From an uncultured Corynebacterium sp. (GTDB lineage Bacteria; Actinomycetota; Actinomycetes; Mycobacteriales; Mycobacteriaceae), in contig NZ_CABTZR010000002.1 in the NCBI RefSeq assembly GCF_902489365.1, forward strand, positions 7,294 through 71,293: a stretch of DNA of 64,000 nt, written 5' to 3'. Positions 58,378 through 64,000 of this stretch are shown one piece after another. Below the pieces are notes generated by a model. It searched no databases. It was not told the origin of the DNA and worked only from the letters and a program-made list of their open reading frames with translations. Numbering within the stretch: the first letter of the stretch is position 1; each line of letters opens with the position of its first letter. Position numbers and translations under genes: made by a program.

Positions 58378-59015
58378 GCGGCCTGGATGCCGGCCCACAC
58401 CAGGGCGCAGCCAGCCACCACGAAGAAAACGCCGGAGGCGATGTCGATCCACGGGCCGGCGGCCAGCAGACGGCGGCGAATCGCGCGGGTAGAAATGACC
58501 GTCGAGAGGACAACAAACAGCAGGTAGCTCGACAGCGATAGGCTGAGCACCAGCGCCACCGAAAGCCACACCGGTGGGTGGGGCGGCAGCAGCGGGGCGA
58601 CCATAGCGGCGAGGAAGAGAACGATCTTCGGGTTGGACAGGTTGGTGGCCAAACCCGTGCGGAAGACCTTGCCCACCGAGCCCAAGCGAGCGGCCGCCTC
58701 CTCCTCATCGACGGGCGGCTGCTTGCGCAGCTCCAACCCAGAGCGAATGGAGAGCACGCCCATGAAGACCAGGAAACAGCCACCAATCACCTGAATCAGC
58801 GAGAGGACGCCAGGGAAGGCGGTGAGCAGGGCGGCCGCGCCGAACACGGTCAACGTGCACCACAACAGCACGCCCACCTGGATACCGGTTGCCGCCGCAA
58901 TGGCGTGGCGGCGCGAGCGCGTAGCATAGCGCGTCACCAGGACGATGTCGGGGCCGGGCGCTGCCGCGCCGACGAGATTCATCAGTAGGATGGCCGCGAA
59001 CGCGGACCAGCTCAT
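58374..59015 (-). CDS. LysE/RhtB family exporter
   Basis: PGPD..LV, G...G, GLATNLSNPK..LF. Confidence 0.92.
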   Translation of the reverse strand: MSWSAFAAILLMNLVGAAAPGPDIVLVTRYATRSRRHAIAAATGIQVGVLLWCTLTVFGAAALLTAFPGVLSLIQVIGGCFLVFMGVLSIRSGLELRKQPPVDEEEAAARLGSVGKVFRTGLATNLSNPKIVLFLAAMVAPLLPPHPPVWLSVALVLSLSLSSYLLFVVLSTVISTRAIRRRLLAAGPWIDIASGVFFVVAGCALVWAGIQAA

Positions 59016-59380
59016 GACAGGCGCTCGAGTAGGTCCTCGCGGCCGAACATGCGGGCCGAGTCGAGGGCGTTGGGCTGGCCGGCGGAGGGGTCGGCGCCGG
59101 CGTCGAGAAGCGCGTCGATCACCGCGTCCTCCTTCTTAAAAATCGCCCCAGCCAACGGCGACTGGCCGCGATCGTTGAGGAGGTTGACGTCGGCCCCCGC
59201 CGCAGCGAGCTGGCGTACCAGCTCCGCATGGCCGTGATAGGCGGCAAGCATGACAAAGGACTGCCCGTCCTGGTTCACCATGTCCACGTTGACGCCCTGC
59301 TTGATGTACTCGAGCAGTGTGGCATCGCCATTACGGGCAAAGTCGAAAAGCTTGGTGGCAAAGTTCTGGATGTCATCCAT
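59012..59380 (-). CDS. Ankyrin repeat protein
   Basis: ARNGD, MLAAYHGH, GADVN..NDRGQSPL. Confidence 0.92.
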   Translation of the reverse strand: MDDIQNFATKLFDFARNGDATLLEYIKQGVNVDMVNQDGQSFVMLAAYHGHAELVRQLAAAGADVNLLNDRGQSPLAGAIFKKEDAVIDALLDAGADPSAGQPNALDSARMFGREDLLERLS

Positions 59381-59391
59381 GGAGGGTTAGT

Positions 59392-60330
59392 CTAGCGCGC
59401 CAGCTCCGCCACCCGTTTAACGGCCGCCTCGATGGCGAAGTCCTCGTCCCCGCCCTGGCCCTTGACCGCGGCGTCCAGTTCCGACATGAGGATGACGGCC
59501 TTGGTGATATTCTCCCCCGACCAGCGCCGCGCCACCGGTTGGGTGAGTTTAATCGCATAGGGCGCCATGCCGGTCTGGGAGGCCAGCGAATACTGATCCC
59601 CGCGCGCAGTGTACAGGCGCGCGATATTGCCCACCTTGTTGGCCAGCGCCGAGGCGATCGCCACGGGGCTAGCCCCCAACTGCAGCGCGCGGCGGCACGT
59701 GGAGACCGCGGCCTCCCCGCGGCCTGCCACAGCAGCATCCGCGATATCCCAGTTGGCCACCTCGGCCACACCCACGTAGTACGCGTGCACCGCCTCGCGG
59801 GTCACCTTGCCCCCAGTGTCGAAGACGAGCTGCGAGATGGCGGAGGCGAGCTCGCGGAGGTCGGAGCCGACGCCGTCGAGAAGCGCCTGCACCACATCCG
59901 GGGTGGGCCGCACTCCGTGCGAAGCGAACTCGCGGGTGGCCCACTGCGCGAGCTCGTTCGGGTAAAGCGAAAAGACCTCATGCACCTCGGCCGTCTTGCG
60001 CAGCGCCGCGATGAGCTCCGGCGGCTTCTTCTTTTTCTTCAGTGTCTTCGCCGTCACCGAGTACATCAGGATAAGCGTGATGCCGGGCATGGGGTTAGCG
60101 CAGGCGTCGAGGAGGATCTTCGTGACCTCCTTGCCGGCCCTCTCCACGTCGCTGATGACGATGACGCGGTCCTCCCCGAACAGGGAGGGGCTGGTCGCTT
60201 CCAGGATCTCGCCCTCGCTGACCTCGGAGGCCTTGAGCTTGGTTACCTCGCCGTGTTGGATACTCAGGCGGGCGCGCTCGGCTAGGAATTCATCATCGCC
60301 GAGGATGAGGTGCACGGGGGCTGAAGACAT
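59392..60330 (-). CDS. holA: DNA polymerase III delta subunit
   Basis: VHLILGDDEFLAERA, SPSLFGE.R, VGSDLRELASA..QL, D..VKG; ATG follows TAAGAT by 7 nt. Confidence 0.93.
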   Translation of the reverse strand: MSSAPVHLILGDDEFLAERARLSIQHGEVTKLKASEVSEGEILEATSPSLFGEDRVIVISDVERAGKEVTKILLDACANPMPGITLILMYSVTAKTLKKKKKPPELIAALRKTAEVHEVFSLYPNELAQWATREFASHGVRPTPDVVQALLDGVGSDLRELASAISQLVFDTGGKVTREAVHAYYVGVAEVANWDIADAAVAGRGEAAVSTCRRALQLGASPVAIASALANKVGNIARLYTARGDQYSLASQTGMAPYAIKLTQPVARRWSGENITKAVILMSELDAAVKGQGGDEDFAIEAAVKRVAELAR

Positions 60331-60335
60331 GCCTG

Positions 60336-61586
60336 TCATCTTAGCAACGCCGCGATGATCCACCCGCCGAGCAACAGCACCGCGATGGGGCCCGCTACCA
60401 CGGTGGTCACGGGCATCGAGGAGGCGACAAAGTGAACCCAATCCGCCAAGGGCTCAATGAGGATCACGAGAGGCCTGCCCAGCCCCACCTGCGCCAGGGC
60501 GGCGGCGATAAGCCCCACGACGGTGATCATCGGCACGACTGGGGCCACCAGCACGTTGGCGATGACAGAGACCACCGAGACCCGCCCAGACATGAGCGCG
60601 ATGAGTGGCATGGTCACGATATCCGCGGCAATGGCCACGGCGAAGGCTCGCGCAACGATGCCAGTCCCCAGCACCCGCAGCAACAGGGGGCTGAGCGCCA
60701 CGATGCCGGCGGTGGCCGCCACGGAGAGCGCGAAGCCGAAGCTGACGGCCAGGTCGCTGTCTGCCGCGAGGAGGAACAACACGCCGAGGGAGAGAGCATG
60801 GAGCGGTTCCATCTTCGAGGAGTGGAGCACCGCCACCAAGCCGGCCAGCCCAGCGACGGTGGCGCGCTGGACGGAGGGCTCCCACCCCACGAGACCCACG
60901 AATAACGCTAACGCGCTTGCCGACGCCCCCACCCGCGCCCGCGGCCCCGGCACCACCAACGCGGCCGCGGTACACACGATGGCAACGTTGGAGCCGGACA
61001 CGGCACTCAAATGCGATAGCCCCGTATCGATATAGAGCTGCTTGTCCTCGGGGGTTTGCAGGCTGGTATCGCCCAGCACCATGCCGGGGATGAGGCCGTT
61101 ATCGCACACGGCGCGGAAGTTCTCCGCCACTGCGGCTGTCCAGCTGTGGGCGTGCGCGGTGAGTTCACCGCTGAAGACGGTCTGCCCTACCCCTACCCGG
61201 TCGGACGGACCGGGGTGGCCGTGCACCGTGACGAGGGAGCCGCTGAAGGCCTCTGGCTTCTCCTTGAGGAAGACCGGCAGCTGCGCCGGGTAACCGGGCA
61301 CGCGCAAGCGCACCATCCATCCGGAGGTAGTCTGTAGAGGATCGGCGGCCAGCTTTCCCGTGACATCCGTACCGAAGTGAAAGTCCGCTGCGCGCACCGA
61401 GCGCACATGCGCAAGGATGGCGAAGATGGCCCCACTCGCCGCGCACAGTATCCCCTGGCCGCGCCATTGCCCGCGCAGCAGTGCGAACGCCACGAGCCCA
61501 CCCAGCAGCCAGGGGTGGCCGAAGAGCACTGCGAGAGCGGCCAACCATGCGACCACCGCGGCGGGCACCAGCCGCAGTTCTCTCAC
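60336..61586 (-). CDS. comEC: ComEC/Rec2 competence membrane protein (no C-terminal beta-lactamase domain)
   Basis: GMVLGD, GLSHLSAVSGSN, PSVQRA, GFALSVAAT.GI, ANVLVAP. Confidence 0.9.
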   Translation of the reverse strand: MRELRLVPAAVVAWLAALAVLFGHPWLLGGLVAFALLRGQWRGQGILCAASGAIFAILAHVRSVRAADFHFGTDVTGKLAADPLQTTSGWMVRLRVPGYPAQLPVFLKEKPEAFSGSLVTVHGHPGPSDRVGVGQTVFSGELTAHAHSWTAAVAENFRAVCDNGLIPGMVLGDTSLQTPEDKQLYIDTGLSHLSAVSGSNVAIVCTAAALVVPGPRARVGASASALALFVGLVGWEPSVQRATVAGLAGLVAVLHSSKMEPLHALSLGVLFLLAADSDLAVSFGFALSVAATAGIVALSPLLLRVLGTGIVARAFAVAIAADIVTMPLIALMSGRVSVVSVIANVLVAPVVPMITVVGLIAAALAQVGLGRPLVILIEPLADWVHFVASSMPVTTVVAGPIAVLLLGGWIIAALLR

Positions 61587-62185
61587 GTCCGAACCTTGTC
61601 CTTGAGCTTCGCGAACTTCGCCGGCCCGATGCCGGAAACGTCCATGAGCTGCTCCACGGTGGTAAAGCTCCCGATTTCTTCGCGGTGTGCCACGATTGCC
61701 GCTGCCGTGGCCGGCCCCACCCCGGGAAGCTCAGTGAGTTCCTCCGCGGTGGCGGAGTTGAGGGAGATAGTGTCTTCGGCCGCGGCACCTGGGGCAGCGG
61801 AAGGAGCGCCGACGGTGATCTGTTCGCCGTCGTTAAGCTTCTGCGCCAGGTTGAGGTTGTCGGTGGGAACGCGTGGGCGCGCGACCTCGAGGGCGTCGTT
61901 GATACGCGCGCCCGGCGCCAAGGTCACCAGGCCCGGCTCCTCTACGTCGCCCACGACGGAGACCACGATGTCGGCCGCTACCTCGCTGCTCGGCGCGGCA
62001 ACCTCATAAGGGTTCTCCGCGCTGCGGCTCAGCCCCAGCCAGGCGAGGAGCGCAACGCCAGCTAAACCCGCTACGACAAGCGCCAGCCAGGGTGGCACGC
62101 GCACGCGCGGAAAGTCGACGTTGAGCAGTTCTTCTTCCCCGGTGGGGCGGGTGAGGTCACGGAGGCGATCAGCAATGGCGTTCAT
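61583..62185 (-). CDS. comEA: ComEA DNA-binding protein (SLBB + HhH)
   Basis: VSVVG.V..PG, NLAQKL.DGEQI, LNSAT.EEL..LPGVGP..A. Confidence 0.92.
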   Translation of the reverse strand: MNAIADRLRDLTRPTGEEELLNVDFPRVRVPPWLALVVAGLAGVALLAWLGLSRSAENPYEVAAPSSEVAADIVVSVVGDVEEPGLVTLAPGARINDALEVARPRVPTDNLNLAQKLNDGEQITVGAPSAAPGAAAEDTISLNSATAEELTELPGVGPATAAAIVAHREEIGSFTTVEQLMDVSGIGPAKFAKLKDKVRT

Positions 62186-62238
62186 GCCCGCGACGCTACG
62201 CAGCGTCTCAGCACGCGTCGAGAGCTTGAGCCGCAGCC

Positions 62239-62247
62239 TGTGGATAA
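62239..62247 (-). promoter_or_regulatory. Consensus DnaA box upstream of comEA
   Basis: TGTGGATAA, which is TTATCCACA on the minus strand; intergenic. Confidence 0.5.
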
Positions 62248-62289
62248 CTTGTTGCAGGCGTCAACAACGTCTTTAGCTCGGCTCCGCCG

Positions 62290-63078
62290 TCAGCTAAAGA
62301 CCGCGGAGACGCCGATGGCTCCGGGGCCGACGTGGACCGCGAGGACGTCGGTAAGCGGCACCAGCATGAAGGAAGAGTCCGGCAACGCCAAGCGCAGCAG
62401 GTCCTCCAATCGGCGGGCCGAGACCTTGTCCTCGTTGTACTGGACCACGATGAACGCCGGCTTGCCCTCCGCGCGGGAAGCCACCAGATCCACGAGCTTG
62501 GTAAAGGCCTTGGTTTGCGTGCGGGTCTTGCCCACCATCTCCAGCTTGCCGCCCTCAATCGCCATGATCGGCTTGGTGGCCAGCAGCGCGGTCGACAGCA
62601 TCGCCGTGGCCGCGGACATGCGCCCGGAACGGCGAAGCTCCTCCGTCGAGCTGAGATAGACCAATGTGTGCCCGCGCTCGAGGGTGTTGATGGCGGCGGC
62701 ATAGCACTCATCGAGTGACGCGCCTTCCTGGGCAAGCTTGGCCGCGGCCATGGCAGCCGCCCCCATGACCATGCCCGCGGTACCGGAATCGATAACGCGC
62801 ACGGTGTCAGGGAAAACCCCGGAGGCGGTCACCGCCGCCGACCACGTCGAAGACAGCTCCTTCGACAGGTGGATCGCTAGCACCCCGTCATCCCCGGAGC
62901 GCTCCATCTGACGGCCATACAGGGCCGCTAGCTCTAGGGCAGTCAGACCAGAGGTGGACAGCTCCGCGCCATCCTTGCCGTGGCTTTCCATGACGTGCAG
63001 GTCCACGACGCAGATGTCGAGTTCCTCGACAATATCCGCCGGCAACCCCGCGGCGGAATCGGTGACGACGCGAATCAC
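62290..63078 (-). CDS. DegV family fatty acid-binding protein
   Basis: VVTDS, STS, HLSKELSST, VIDS, LRRSGR, KPI, HVGPGAIG. Confidence 0.92.
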   Translation of the reverse strand: MIRVVTDSAAGLPADIVEELDICVVDLHVMESHGKDGAELSTSGLTALELAALYGRQMERSGDDGVLAIHLSKELSSTWSAAVTASGVFPDTVRVIDSGTAGMVMGAAAMAAAKLAQEGASLDECYAAAINTLERGHTLVYLSSTEELRRSGRMSAATAMLSTALLATKPIMAIEGGKLEMVGKTRTQTKAFTKLVDLVASRAEGKPAFIVVQYNEDKVSARRLEDLLRLALPDSSFMLVPLTDVLAVHVGPGAIGVSAVFS

Positions 63079-63776
63079 TAGACGTCCGCCCCTGCACCAC
63101 CAACGACAGCACCGCCCATATTCCAACCGTCAAAGTACCATTGGGCGCGGGCGACGTTCTCCGGGGTGAATTCCAGCGGGGAGAGCGGACGAGCGGCGTC
63201 GAACTCGGGCCGCGCGGTCAGCTGCGACCAATGGGTATTTTTCAGACCGGAAAGAATCCCGTACTGGTGGTGCTCAAGGCCCAAAAGGTGGCAGGTCAGC
63301 GCGGAAATGGCGCCGCCGTGCGCGACGACAAGCACCGCGCCTTCATCCCAGTCCGAGTGCTCCTGCATGAGCTCATCAATGACCGGGCGGGCGCGGTTGG
63401 CCACGTCAACGCGGCTTTCGCCCTGCGGTGGCGCCCAGGTGGGGTCGTGGCGCCACAGCGCACGCGCCCCGGGGTACTGCTCATCCACCTCGGCGGAGGT
63501 CATCCCCTGCCACTCCCCCAGGTGGGTTTCACGCAGGCGCTTATCGACGGTTACCTCAAGCCCCAAGTGACGAGCGATGATCTCAGCGGTTTCGCGGGCA
63601 CGGATGAGATCCGAAGCGACAATCGCGGTGATGTCTTTATCCTCGAGCAGATCAGCGGCAGCGCGCGCTTGGGAGTACCCTACGTCCGACAGCTCGGTGT
63701 CCAGGTGCCCCTGCATCCGTCCGGTGGCGTTGTACGTGGTTTGCCCGTGGCGGATGAGGAGGAGACGGCGGGTCAT
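63078..63776 (-). CDS. Histidine phosphatase (phosphoglycerate mutase-like)
   Basis: LIRHGQT.YN, SDL.RA.ETA, LRE..LGEWQG, VAHGG. Confidence 0.93.
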   Translation of the reverse strand: MTRRLLLIRHGQTTYNATGRMQGHLDTELSDVGYSQARAAADLLEDKDITAIVASDLIRARETAEIIARHLGLEVTVDKRLRETHLGEWQGMTSAEVDEQYPGARALWRHDPTWAPPQGESRVDVANRARPVIDELMQEHSDWDEGAVLVVAHGGAISALTCHLLGLEHHQYGILSGLKNTHWSQLTARPEFDAARPLSPLEFTPENVARAQWYFDGWNMGGAVVGGAGADV

Positions 63777-64000
63777 AATTCGTCATCTTCCGGCTCTGGC
63801 TGGGCCAGGGGAATCTCATCGATCGAGTCCACGTCGCGCGGGTTGACTTCATCAGACCACTCGCCGGGCCTTTCTGGGGTATCCAGACCGGGGATGTCGA
63901 GAAGCGGGCAGTCGTGGTAGAGGCGATCCAGGCCGTAGAACTCGCGCTGATCGTTGCGCTGGACGTGGACCACGATGGGGCCATAGTCGAGCAGAACCCA
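63773..64000 (-). CDS. rsfS: Ribosome silencing factor (5' part outside the window)
   Basis: WVLLDYGPIVVHVQ....REFYGLDRLY.DCP. Confidence 0.9.
   Translation of the reverse strand, partial: WVLLDYGPIVVHVQRNDQREFYGLDRLYHDCPLLDIPGLDTPERPGEWSDEVNPRDVDSIDEIPLAQPEPEDDEL

Overview
High-GC actinobacterial chromosome segment. Gene content and order match Corynebacterium: dnaG, RNase, dgt, glyS, arsR, zur, uppS, recO, era, ybeY, phoH, rsmE, dnaJ, hrcA, hemW, then malQ, idi, aecD, brnQ, a mycoloyltransferase, and lepA, rpsT, holA, comEC/comEA, degV, rsfS. The genus is inferred and the species is not determinable here. Most of the window is core housekeeping genes, many apparently leaderless (TANNNT 6-8 nt before ATG). 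No rRNA, tRNA, CRISPR array, integrase or transposase was seen. Non-routine content: (1) intergenic palindromic elements built from 14-nt periodic arms around 24-25-nt hairpins, in three sequence types (6 copies at 6.4-6.8 kb, 12.8-13.3 kb and 19.0-19.1 kb) plus a 20-nt-period relative at 22.9 kb; (2) a two-component system divergent from two PrsW-family proteases and a small exported protein, with a duplicated palindromic operator and promoter; (3) a Dam-like methyltransferase and a PD-(D/E)XK nuclease placed directly behind rpsT; (4) a low-GC islet next to the lepA 3' end with an ABC exporter and a possible YcaO remnant; (5) a BCCT transporter pseudogene with an internal deletion; (6) an 18-bp bidirectional promoter between lepA and a pemK-like gene. 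All calls come from reading the sequence; no searches were run.
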